Shown: piece after piece, positions 52,728-64,000 of the stretch
Position numbering within the stretch: position 1 is the first letter of the stretch
How the letters are laid out: each line of letters begins with the position of its first letter
Source of the DNA: an uncultured bacterium
GTDB lineage: Bacteria; Patescibacteriota; Saccharimonadia; UBA4664
DNA: 64,000 bases
Direction of reading: 5' to 3'
Assembly (NCBI GenBank): GCA_963740635.1
Contig: CAVUEQ010000003.1
Coordinates: 161,350 to 225,349, forward strand
Made by a program: the position numbers and the translations under genes
The notes under the pieces: generated by a model
What the model was told of the DNA's origin: nothing
Database searches by the model: none
What the model saw: only the letters and a program-made list of their open reading frames with translations

Positions 52728-53132
52728 CTACCCGGCGGACTCTTCGTCCGGCGTGCCGTAGGTGAGGTCGAAGGCCAGGAGGCGGCGGAGTTTCGCGAAG
52801 TACCACTCCGAGGCCTGTTGGGCGTCATCCACGACGGAAGCATCGAGCCAGGGGGTGCCGGCCAGCGGCTTGATCTTGGCCAGATTGTCGTCCAAGGCCG
52901 TCTTGGCCTCGTCGGCCAGATCAGCCAGGAGCTCCCGGACGAACTTGCGGGCCTCCGCGAAGGCTGCTTCGTCTAGCCAGAGCGCCAGATGCGCGCGGGT
53001 GATCGGGTCGTTGAGGTCGAGATTGGGGTCGCGCCGATCACGCGGCTCCGTGCCTTCGACCGTTTGTCTGCCCTGGGCGACTTTCGTTGCGTACCCGTCG
53101 AGACGGGCAGTCAGGAGTTCAATCGTGTTCAT
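52728..53132 (-). CDS. Hypothetical protein with foreign codon usage
   Basis: SD AAGGAGAGG. 134 aa, acidic and helical. Confidence 0.65.
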   Translation of the reverse strand: MNTIELLTARLDGYATKVAQGRQTVEGTEPRDRRDPNLDLNDPITRAHLALWLDEAAFAEARKFVRELLADLADEAKTALDDNLAKIKPLAGTPWLDASVVDDAQQASEWYFAKLRRLLAFDLTYGTPDEESAG

Positions 53133-53186
53133 GGGAATGCCTCTCCTTGCTGGGCTCGCGGATGCGGGCCGCTGGATGGGGCTGGA

Positions 53187-53726
53187 TCAGTTGCTGCCGT
53201 GGACAGGGGGCACGATCCGCCCCTCGGTGACGCCATAGCCGCCGAGGAGGGCGTCGACCTTGGCACGGGCGAGCGTGATGCGGCCCGGGGCTCCGTCATC
53301 GATGGCTGCGAAGAGCTCGGTGACGGCATCGGCGCCGGCTGGGCCGAAATGGAAGCCGTAGAATGCCACGATCTTGGCCTTGGCGACGACTTCCAGAACT
53401 GCAGCCGGATCGGGCAACCTCGTGATTGCGGGATCGTCGGTCAGGCTTGTGTCGTGGAAATCCCGCCAGCGGGCAAGGGCAGCGTGAACGACGTCATAGC
53501 CGACTTCATCGAGCAGCTGGCCATTCGTGGCGGCCGTGATGGCGGCCTCAGAGGTGAGGCTATCGGCCAGCCGGGCGTGGGCCGAAGCGACCCGGACCAG
53601 TGCTCCGACGAGGGCGGCTTCATCGGCGGGCTCGGCGGGCTGTCCGCGCAGGACCGAGGACAGGGCTGCCTCAGCGCTGTCGAGCTCGGTGCGCAGCTGC
53701 GAGAGGTAAGAGCTACGGGTGGTCAT
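53187..53726 (-). CDS. Hypothetical protein with foreign codon usage
   Basis: SD AGGAG. 179 aa. Confidence 0.65.
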   Translation of the reverse strand: MTTRSSYLSQLRTELDSAEAALSSVLRGQPAEPADEAALVGALVRVASAHARLADSLTSEAAITAATNGQLLDEVGYDVVHAALARWRDFHDTSLTDDPAITRLPDPAAVLEVVAKAKIVAFYGFHFGPAGADAVTELFAAIDDGAPGRITLARAKVDALLGGYGVTEGRIVPPVHGSN

Positions 53727-53881
53727 GAGAGACTCCTGTCTTCCGGTTTTCCGGAGGGTCGGGTGAACCGCTGGGTGGATGAATTGCTAAGGTTCTAGCC
53801 GGGATAAAATATCATAATTATGCTCAAAAATCAATCGTTACAACTGTAGTACCATAGATATGAATTACCGGTGGAGGGTAC

Positions 53882-54343
53882 GTGACCGCAGAAGCAGAAC
53901 CAGAATTTCTGAAGAATATCGACCGATCGACGTTTAGCGTGAAGGGCGGGGTAGTTGAGCATGTAAAGAAACCGTGGGGGTATGAGCTGATTTTTACCGA
54001 GCCAAACTCCCCTTACACATGCAAAATTATGCACATTGACGCTGGAAAGCGGCAGAGCCTGCAGATTCATGACGAGAAGACCGAAACCTATGTGGTAATG
54101 AAGGGCCGGGCCGGGGTTGTGATCGAGAATACTGCCGGAGAGATGGTGCAGGTGGAGTTCGAAGAGGGCAAGGGATACACGACTAGAATCGGGCAAAAGC
54201 ACCGGCTACTGGGCGTGACGGATTGTGATATCCTGGAAGCCTCGACGCCGGAGAGCGGGACGACCTGGCGGCTGGAGGATGATTATGCCCGGGGGGATGA
54301 GACGGAAGAGATCCGGGCCGAGCCCGGCCGGGGTTGGAAATAG
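53882..54343 (+). CDS. Cupin-domain protein (phosphomannose-isomerase type II-like)
   Basis: KPWGYE...QSLQIHDEKTETYVV...HRL cupin motifs. SD GGAGGG, GTG start. Confidence 0.8.
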   Translation: MTAEAEPEFLKNIDRSTFSVKGGVVEHVKKPWGYELIFTEPNSPYTCKIMHIDAGKRQSLQIHDEKTETYVVMKGRAGVVIENTAGEMVQVEFEEGKGYTTRIGQKHRLLGVTDCDILEASTPESGTTWRLEDDYARGDETEEIRAEPGRGWK

Positions 54344-54376
54344 CTAGGCGGCCGGCGAGCCGCAAGGGGGGCTAGC

Positions 54377-55606
54377 TTGAAGCAAAAGCTCGAATATTTG
54401 AACGGCCTGCGGGGGCTGGCGGCGCTGGTGGTGGTGTTTCACCACTTCGCGTACGTGTTTTTGGTGTGGGCCACACGGGGGGCGGGCGCGCATCACTACG
54501 CTGCCGAGGGCGTGATTTATGCCACTCCCCTGCAGCTGCTGGTGGCGGGCAATTTCGCGGTCTGTATATTTTTTATCTTGAGCGGGTTTGTGCTGAGCTA
54601 CGCGTTTTTTCAGACCGGGGCGGTAGCGCAGGTGCAGGGAGCGGCGCTGAAGCGGTACTTCAGGCTGATGCCGCCGATCCTTATGAGCGTGCTGCTGAGT
54701 TGGGCAATCCTGACGCTGGGGCTGCATTGGAACCATGAGGCCGCGGCCATAACGGGCGCGCCGTGGCTGAATAATTTTTGGCCGCGGGCGGTGAGCCTGG
54801 GGGAGGCGCTGCGCTACGGGGCCTGGGATATCCTGGTGGGCAACGGGCAGGCCGGGCTGTTGAATAACGCGCTGTGGACGATGAAGATCGAGTTTTTCGG
54901 GTCAATGCTGGTGTTTGGGTTTTTGGGGCTGTTTGGCAAGCTGCGGCTGCGCTGGATCGCCTATGCGGTGCTGGTGCTGATTACCTGGAAAACGTACTAC
55001 CTGGCGTTTGTGCTGGGGATAGCGCTGTGTGATGTGAGCGCGCGCAAATGGTCGCCCGGACAGCTGGCGTGGCCGGTGGTGGCGGGGCTGGTGGCCGGCG
55101 GGCTGTGGCTGGGGGCGGCGCCGATACCAGGGCCGACGCACACGCTCTACGACGCGGTGGCGTGGCCCGGCGCCGACCGCCAGGTGGTGTTTGTGCTGAC
55201 GCACATCGTGGGCGCGGCGATGGTGCTCGGGGCGCTGCTGTACTCGCCGGTGCTGAAGATGGTGTTCGCCAGCCGGCCGCTGCGATACCTGGGGCGGGTG
55301 TCGTTTTCGATGTACCTGCTGCACGTGCTGGTGCTGGGCTCGTTCGTGTCGTATTTGTTTACGGTGATGAGCATCGGGCATGGGTATCTTACGAGTATGG
55401 TGGTGGCGGGTATCGGGTATTTGGTGATGGTGGTGATTTTGTCAGATATCTTCACGCGGTACGTGGACGAACCGAGCATCCGGCTGGCGTCGGCGGTAGG
55501 CCGGCGGCTGATGCGCGCCCGGAAACCGGCCGCGGCGCCTCCCGAGCCGGTTAAGAAACCTGATATCATAGGGCCAACAGCGAGGGTTAATGCGACCAAT
55601 TCTTAA
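54377..55606 (+). CDS. Acyltransferase family 3 (O-acyltransferase) membrane protein
   Basis: LNGLRGLAALVVVFHH signature. About 10 TM helices. TTG start with SD AGGGGGG. Confidence 0.9.
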   Translation: MKQKLEYLNGLRGLAALVVVFHHFAYVFLVWATRGAGAHHYAAEGVIYATPLQLLVAGNFAVCIFFILSGFVLSYAFFQTGAVAQVQGAALKRYFRLMPPILMSVLLSWAILTLGLHWNHEAAAITGAPWLNNFWPRAVSLGEALRYGAWDILVGNGQAGLLNNALWTMKIEFFGSMLVFGFLGLFGKLRLRWIAYAVLVLITWKTYYLAFVLGIALCDVSARKWSPGQLAWPVVAGLVAGGLWLGAAPIPGPTHTLYDAVAWPGADRQVVFVLTHIVGAAMVLGALLYSPVLKMVFASRPLRYLGRVSFSMYLLHVLVLGSFVSYLFTVMSIGHGYLTSMVVAGIGYLVMVVILSDIFTRYVDEPSIRLASAVGRRLMRARKPAAAPPEPVKKPDIIGPTARVNATNS

Positions 55607-57436
55607 CGCTTTAGGACGAGCTGCGGGGTGGATGCTAAGCCCGGGCGTACTGGCCGGGATTGGCCTGGTGGTGATGGCCGGGGTGGTGGCTGTGGGCTAC
55701 ACCAGGACGCAACGCACGTTTAGCGTGACGTTGGCCAGCCAGAGCGACGTGAAGGTGAGCGGGCCGCTGCGCGTGGACTTTAGCCAGGATGTGGCGGCCG
55801 GATTTCGCGAGAGCATTGCGCCCAAAGTGGACGGCACGTGGAAGCAGGAGCGGACGGTGCTGGGGGTGTCGGCGGTGGAGTTCACGCCGGCCAAGCGGTT
55901 TGAGGCGGGCCGCACCTACCGGCTGACCATCGCCGGCGTGAAGCGGGCGGTGACCGGCCGGCCGCTGGGGGGCTTTAACGGCGAATTTACCGCCCAGCTG
56001 CCGTCTGGGGTGGCCAAGACGTCCCCGGCGGCGGGCGCCATGGACGTGGCCGTGAAGCCGCGGCTGGGGCTGACCTTGTCCGACGCCAACCAGGGGGTGC
56101 GGGAACTGAAGGCCAGCTTGCTGCCGGATGTAGCCTTGAGGCTGGTGTCGAGCGACGACCGGAACTTTGTGTGGGAGCCGGTGACGCCGCTGAAGCAGGG
56201 TACGAACTATACCTTCGCGGTGGCTGACCTGCACGCGGCTGAGGGCAAGCAAACCCTGTTTAGCAACAGCTTTACGACAGTGCGTCCGCCGGCCGTTATG
56301 TCGGCGCGGGCGGGCGGGCACTTGGCCCCGGGGCAAACGATCGACATCGTGTTTGGCGACGCCATGGAGCAAACCGACAAGGCATTTACGTTTGGGCTGG
56401 CCGGTACGGGCGCCTGGACCGACGACCACACCTACCGCTTTTCACCCGCGGAGTCGGCGCTGAAGCCGGGCACGCAGTACACGTATGCTCTGAATATCGG
56501 GGCGAAATCCAAGAAGGGCGGCGTGCTGGAGGGCACGCAGTACTACGGAGTCGCGACCAACGGCGCGGTGGCGGCCGGGTTTAGCCCCGGCGGCGGCGAT
56601 GTGGCGCTGAACGTGCCGATCAAGGTGGCGTTTGACCAGGCCGTGGACCATGCGTCGGCACAGAGCAAGTTCAGCCTCAGCCCGGCGGTGGCCGGCGGTT
56701 TCAGCTGGGACGGAAACACGATGATTTACAAGCCGGCGGGGCTCGCCTACCAGACTACCTACGCAGTGAAAGTGGCGGCCGGGGTGAAGCCCGTCTGGGG
56801 GCTGCCAAACGGGGCGGTGCTGAGCGGCTCGCTGGCGACCGTGGCCGAGACAATTAAGCTAGGCGTGCCGGCCTACAAGACTCAGTACAAGATGAGCTGC
56901 GAGCTGGCGTCGAGCCGGATGGTGCTGGGATTTTACGGCATTAACGTGCAGGACTGGGACGTGCTGATGAAGCTGCATTACAACCCGCGGCCGCGCGATA
57001 CGGCCACCAATACCTGGGATAACCCCAACGAAATGTACGTGGGCGACGTGGGCGGTAACGCCAACACCACCAGCTACGGCGTGCATGCCGGTCCCATTGC
57101 CACCGCCATCCAGAGTTACGGGCGAGGAGCCACGGCCAGCTACAATGTGTCCGCGAATTACATCGCGCAGGCCATTCACGACGGGCACCCGGTGATCTTC
57201 TGGGGGCACAGCACCCCGGCCAAGCCCGACGCCTGGAACACCTCCAGCGGCGTGGTGCAGACCTGGCTGAGCTCGCACGCCCGGGTGGTGTACGGGGTGG
57301 TGGGCCGGGCCGACGCGCCGATCGGCTTCCACATCATTGAAAGCTCCAAGGGCACCACAATGTACTGGACGACCGCCCAATTGATGGCTAACATGAACAT
57401 CATTCCGGGTGTGAGCAACCAGACGGTAGTGGTTTA

Positions 57437-57440
<4 letters not shown>
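55590..57440 (+). CDS. Membrane-anchored protein with Ig-like (SbsA_Ig/Big_5-type) repeats and a C-terminal C39-like peptidase domain
   Basis: Repeated P..G..Y...V modules. The C-terminus has SCELASSRMVLGFYG and a His region (IHDGHPVIFWGH). Confidence 0.75.
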
Positions 57441-60078
<2,638 letters not shown>

Positions 60079-60091
60079 CGGAGGATGACTA

Positions 60092-60640
60092 ATGGCTGAT
60101 TTGGCAGTGCGCGAGACGGCAATTCCGGGGCTGTTTGAGATTGACCTGGACCTGCGCGGAGATTCGCGGGGATGGTTTAAGGAGAATTACCAGCGGGCCA
60201 AGCTCGAAGCGCTCGGGTTGCCGCAGTTTGAGATTGTACAGAATAACTTTTCGTATAATGCCGAGCGGGGCGTAACGCGCGGCCTGCACATGGAGCCGTG
60301 GCGTAAATATATTTTGGTGGCGGGCGGCAGCGTGTTCGCGGCCTGGGTGGACCTGCGCCAGGGGGCGGGCTTTGGCCGGACGCACACCATGAAAATCACG
60401 CCCGACAAGGCCGTGTTTGTGCCGCTGGGGGTAGCCAACGGCTACCAGACGCTCGAGCCTAACCTCACCTACACCTACCTGGTGGACGGCCATTGGTCGC
60501 CGGACGTGAAGTATGTGGGGGTGCAGCCGTTTGACCCGGCGCTCGACATCGCGTGGCCGATCGGCAAAGAGGCGGCCATTTTGAGCGAAAAGGACCAGAA
60601 AAACCCGCTGCTCGCCGACCTAGGGCCGGTGAGTGTATGA
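60092..60640 (+). CDS. rfbC: dTDP-4-dehydrorhamnose 3,5-epimerase
   Basis: RmlC-type cupin. SD GGAGGA. Confidence 0.95.
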   Translation: MADLAVRETAIPGLFEIDLDLRGDSRGWFKENYQRAKLEALGLPQFEIVQNNFSYNAERGVTRGLHMEPWRKYILVAGGSVFAAWVDLRQGAGFGRTHTMKITPDKAVFVPLGVANGYQTLEPNLTYTYLVDGHWSPDVKYVGVQPFDPALDIAWPIGKEAAILSEKDQKNPLLADLGPVSV

Positions 60641-61509
60641 AAGACTCGGAGATATTGATAGTCGGCGCCAACGGGCAGCTCGGGAAAGCTTTGGCGGCGC
60701 GGTTTCCGGGAGCGCGGGCCGTGGACAGGGAGCAGCTGGATATCACGGATGAAGCGGCGGTGGCCGCCTATGACTGGGAGGGACTGCGCTACCTGCTAAA
60801 CGCGGCCGCCTACACGAATGTGGACGGCGCGGAGACGGCCGAGGGCCGCAAGAGCGCCTGGCTGATTAACGCGCAGGCCTCGGCGAATCTGGCGCGCGTG
60901 GCCGCAGCGCAAGATCTGACGCTGGTGCACGTTTCGACCAGTTATATTTTTGACGGCAGCGTGTCGCCGCACACGGAGGATGAAGCGGTGACCCCGCTGG
61001 GCGTGTACGCGCAGAGCAAGGCGGCCGGCGACATAGCCATCGGGGTGACGCCAAGGCATTACATTTTGCGCACCTCCTGGCTGATAGGTGACGGGCCGAA
61101 TTTTGTGCGCACCATGATGAATCTGGCGGCCAAAAACATTTCGCCGAAGGTGGTGGACGACCAGATTGGGCGGCTCACGTTCACCCACACGCTGGTGGAC
61201 GCGATCGAGGCGCTGCTGAAATCCAAGGCGGGGTACGGCATTTACAACCTGTCGAACGACGGTGAGCCGGCCAGCTGGGCAGAAGTGACGCGCACGATTT
61301 TCAAGCAGCTGGGGAGGGACGATCTCACGGTCACGCCGATAACGACCGAGGAGTACTTCCGGGATAAGCCGACGTCGGCGCCGCGGCCGCTCCAAGACTA
61401 CTACGACCTGGGCAAGATAAAGGCCGCCGGGGTGAAGCTGCCGGATTGGCGCGACGAGCTCAAGAGCTACGTGGCGTCGGAGCTGGCCGGGCGGCCGGGC
61501 AAAGAGTAG
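60637..61509 (+). CDS. rfbD: dTDP-4-dehydrorhamnose reductase
   Basis: ILIVGANGQLG Rossmann motif. ATGA overlap with rfbC. Confidence 0.95.
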   Translation: MKDSEILIVGANGQLGKALAARFPGARAVDREQLDITDEAAVAAYDWEGLRYLLNAAAYTNVDGAETAEGRKSAWLINAQASANLARVAAAQDLTLVHVSTSYIFDGSVSPHTEDEAVTPLGVYAQSKAAGDIAIGVTPRHYILRTSWLIGDGPNFVRTMMNLAAKNISPKVVDDQIGRLTFTHTLVDAIEALLKSKAGYGIYNLSNDGEPASWAEVTRTIFKQLGRDDLTVTPITTEEYFRDKPTSAPRPLQDYYDLGKIKAAGVKLPDWRDELKSYVASELAGRPGKE

Positions 61510-61907
61510 CCGTTGGCGGCAAAGGCGCCGTCGAAGCCGAAGATGGTCTTGGTGCCATAATGATCCGCCCAAGCCATCACGAGGCAATCGATAAACGAGA
61601 CTGAGTTTTTCTGGCGCGTAAGCCGATCCAGAGTTGCCTTGAGCAAGGCATCGTCGCTTTGGGCAATGTAAAAGCGCCGCTCTAACAGAGCATTGCCGGC
61701 GGTGATCGCGAAGGGGTTGCCGAAACGTTTTCCAATGGCGTTAATGGTTTCCGCGAAAACTTCTGAAGGGATGATCAGGTCGATGCGCTGGTCCTCGAGG
61801 GGGCCGAGGATTGCTACGGCGCGTTCGTGCAGCGAATCGTCTTCGTGCAGTATTGAGATCAAACCACTCGAGTCAAAAATTACAGCCTCGATGTCATTTG
61901 TCTCCAT
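61467..61907 (-). CDS. vapC: PIN-domain toxin VapC
   Basis: AVIFDSSGLISIL...SFIDCLVMAWA. Its 3' end overlaps the rfbD 3' end by 43 nt. Confidence 0.85.
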   Translation of the reverse strand: METNDIEAVIFDSSGLISILHEDDSLHERAVAILGPLEDQRIDLIIPSEVFAETINAIGKRFGNPFAITAGNALLERRFYIAQSDDALLKATLDRLTRQKNSVSFIDCLVMAWADHYGTKTIFGFDGAFAANGYSLPGRPASSDAT

Positions 61908-62127
61908 AGAGATAGTCGTCGAGGTTGGTAGCTAGATCCGGCGGTCCGCCCTTAATGCCCAGCTTGGCCAGGTCGAGCAGCGGATTACCGGAATAATCAG
62001 ACTTGGCCGCCAGCCCGTCCTCGAGCAGCTCACGGATAACTTCGGCCTGGGGACGGTGATCCCGGTCGGCGCGCAGCTTGATGCGTTGGCGCAGTTGTTT
62101 TGGCAGGTAGATATTTACACGTTCCAT
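61894..62127 (-). CDS. Ribbon-helix-helix (CopG-type) antitoxin
   Basis: MERVNIYLPKQLRQRIKLRADRD is an RHH N-terminus. Overlaps the PIN gene. Confidence 0.8.
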   Translation of the reverse strand: MERVNIYLPKQLRQRIKLRADRDHRPQAEVIRELLEDGLAAKSDYSGNPLLDLAKLGIKGGPPDLATNLDDYLYGDK

Positions 62128-62211
62128 ATTAGATGTATAGCATATGGTGTATGTTATCTGCAAGCATGAAGCGGTCTGGTATCATGGCTAGGTAAACAGG
62201 CATCTCCACCT

Positions 62212-63072
62212 ATGAAGGGAATTATTTTGGCCGGCGGCAGCGGCACTCGGCTGTACCCTATAACGAAGGGCGTGTGCAAGCAGCTGATGCCGATTTATGA
62301 CAAGCCGATGGTGTACTATCCCCTGTCGACGCTGATGCTGGCGGGGATCCGGGACATTTTGATTATCACCACGCCGGAGGACCAGACTTCGTTTCAGCGG
62401 CTGCTCGAAGACGGCAAGCAGCTCGGGTGCAATTTCTCGTACAAGGTCCAGGAAAAGCCGCGGGGCCTGGCTGACGCGTTTATTCTGGGGGCGGACTTCA
62501 TAGGCGACGATAAGGTCGGGATGGTGCTGGGCGACAACATATTCTACGGGCACGGTTTTGGCACGGCGCTCAAGGATTGTACGGACCCGGACGGCGGCAT
62601 TGTGTTTGCCTACCCCGTAAATGACCCGGAGCGCTACGGCGTGGTGGAGTTTGACGAGCAGATGCGGGCGGTGAGCATTGAGGAGAAACCGGCCAAGCCC
62701 AAGAGTAATTATGCCGTGACGGGGCTGTATTTCTACGACAATGATGTGGTCGAGATTGCCAAAAACGTGCAGCCCAGCGACCGGGGCGAGATTGAGATCA
62801 CGAGCGTCAACGACGAATACCTGAAGCGGGGCAAGCTCAGCGTGCAAACCATGGACCGCGGCACGGCCTGGCTGGATACGGGGACGTTCGGCTCCATGAA
62901 CGACGCCGCCCAGTTTGTGGAGGTGATCGAGAAGCGCACGAGCTTCAAGATCGGCTGCATCGAAGAAGTGGCGTGGCGCGAGGGTTTCATAGACGACGCA
63001 CAGCTCGACGCGCTGGCGGCTCCGCTGATCAAGAGCGGGTACGGGAAGTATCTGAAGGGGCTGCTGGCCTAA
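62212..63072 (+). CDS. rfbA: Glucose-1-phosphate thymidylyltransferase
   Basis: [18 protein letters not shown]. Confidence 0.97.
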   Translation: MKGIILAGGSGTRLYPITKGVCKQLMPIYDKPMVYYPLSTLMLAGIRDILIITTPEDQTSFQRLLEDGKQLGCNFSYKVQEKPRGLADAFILGADFIGDDKVGMVLGDNIFYGHGFGTALKDCTDPDGGIVFAYPVNDPERYGVVEFDEQMRAVSIEEKPAKPKSNYAVTGLYFYDNDVVEIAKNVQPSDRGEIEITSVNDEYLKRGKLSVQTMDRGTAWLDTGTFGSMNDAAQFVEVIEKRTSFKIGCIEEVAWREGFIDDAQLDALAAPLIKSGYGKYLKGLLA

Positions 63073-63087
63073 AAGCCCGCCAAAACT

Positions 63088-63498
63088 ATGCAACGCGCCC
63101 GCAAATTACTGGTCGAAAAAAGCTCCAGTATCTGGATGCAACTGGTGCGGTACATCTTTGTAGCGGGCGCGGGGCTGGTGATTGATTTTGGCGGGCTGGT
63201 TTTCCTAACCGAATCGCTACACATTTACTACGTGCTGTCGGCGACAATATCGTTTGTGGCCGCATTGATTGTGAACTATGCGCTGAGCGTGTTGTGGGTA
63301 TTTCCGGCGTCGAAATACCGTAGGTTGCATGAATTTCTGTTCTTTGGCTTGATTGGCCTCGTTGGGCTGGGGATAAACGACCTGCTCATTTGGGTCCTGA
63401 GCTCCGGATTTGGTGTTTACTACGTATGGTCGAAGGTGATTTCAACCAGTGTGGTATTTGCCTGGAATTTTTTGGCCCGGAAATTTCTGCTGTTTTAG
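63088..63498 (+). CDS. GtrA-family membrane protein
   Basis: 4-TM. LVRYIFVAGAGLVIDF...NYALSVLWVF. Confidence 0.85.
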   Translation: MQRARKLLVEKSSSIWMQLVRYIFVAGAGLVIDFGGLVFLTESLHIYYVLSATISFVAALIVNYALSVLWVFPASKYRRLHEFLFFGLIGLVGLGINDLLIWVLSSGFGVYYVWSKVISTSVVFAWNFLARKFLLF

Positions 63499-64000
63499 TA
63501 GATTTTTTGGGCGAACTCGAGGGCCCGGCGCACGCGGTCTACGTTTGAGCCGGCTGGGCCAGCTTTCATTTCGATGGATACTACCTGGCTGTAGCTAGTT
63601 TCGCGCAAGGTTTTGGAGATGTTTTCGTGGTCGACCTGGCCGGGCCCAATTTCTTCCAGAAACGGCTCGCTGAGATGAAAATGCCGTAGGCTTGGCATAG
63701 CCTCCCGGATAGCGCCGGCTGGATCGCCGCCGGCAAGGGTGAGGCCGGCCGCGTCGAGGTGGAGGCCAAAGCCGGGGCTGCTCACGGCCTGCACCAGCCC
63801 GATGCCGGTGTGGGTATTGGTAACAAAGTCGCAGCCATAGGCCGGGGGATTGGGCTCGATGCAAAAGACCACGCCATGGTCAGCGGCGGTTTGGCCGAGG
63901 TCACCAAAAAACTCGACAGCGATGGCGTGGGCTTGGCTGGCGGGTAATTCGCCGACGAGACGGTTTTTGGGCGAGCCAAACACCAGCACTTTGGCGCCGA
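63495..64000 (-). CDS. Sugar-phosphate isomerase/epimerase (xylose-isomerase-like TIM barrel); the 5' end lies outside the window
   Basis: FCIEPNP...LHLDAAG...HFHLSEP pattern. The ORF is open to the window edge. Confidence 0.75.
   Translation of the reverse strand, partial: GAKVLVFGSPKNRLVGELPASQAHAIAVEFFGDLGQTAADHGVVFCIEPNPPAYGCDFVTNTHTGIGLVQAVSSPGFGLHLDAAGLTLAGGDPAGAIREAMPSLRHFHLSEPFLEEIGPGQVDHENISKTLRETSYSQVVSIEMKAGPAGSNVDRVRRALEFAQKIY

Noticed and set aside
62188-63093. 301-aa minus-strand ORF
   Set aside because: It is antisense to rfbA, which is unambiguous.

Overview
GC-rich, gene-dense bacterial chromosomal segment with about 75 protein genes, one tRNA and one intact IS. No rRNA and no CRISPR array.

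Recognisable content, in order:
- F-type ATP synthase operon that looks truncated: unknown signal-peptide/2-TM protein, then b, delta, alpha, gamma.
- RRM RNA-binding protein, a MacB/FtsX exporter, and an OmpR/histidine-kinase pair.
- Three VapBC modules, spread across the window.
- IS200-like Y1 transposase, ilvA, tRNA-Asn, and a type-III P-type ATPase.
- Two ABC-2 exporters and a CBS/CGL transsulfuration pair.
- A lower-GC accessory patch: GNAT, class-II Fic, SemiSWEET and membrane proteins.
- cutA, MASE1 and PAS sensors, lexA, and VanW.
- A two-subunit ATP-citrate lyase, IS1595 plus a DUF4143 ATPase, and glmS.
- An envelope-glycan cluster: cupin, acyltransferase-3, Ig/C39-like protein, manC-like, rmlBCD, vapBC, rmlA, GtrA.

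Many proteins are small, several carry Pro/Ala-rich tails, and the rml genes are actinobacterial in type. I guess a reduced-genome lineage (Patescibacteria/Saccharimonadia-like), but that is inference only.

Most interesting signals:
1. The gene in the atpE position encodes a secreted-domain protein ending in a subunit-c-like hairpin with no carboxylate.
2. An Ile-codon leader peptide with terminator/antiterminator lies upstream of ilvA.
3. About 20 genes have a TAnnnT -10 hexamer exactly 6-7 nt before the start codon, which suggests pervasive leaderless mRNAs.
4. Three small islands have foreign, C-ending codon usage and canonical SD sites.
5. ATP-citrate lyase sits in an otherwise streamlined context.
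6. A palindrome-bearing element is repeated at two loci.
7. Three single-nucleotide frame disruptions occur at homopolymers; these are assembly error or decay.
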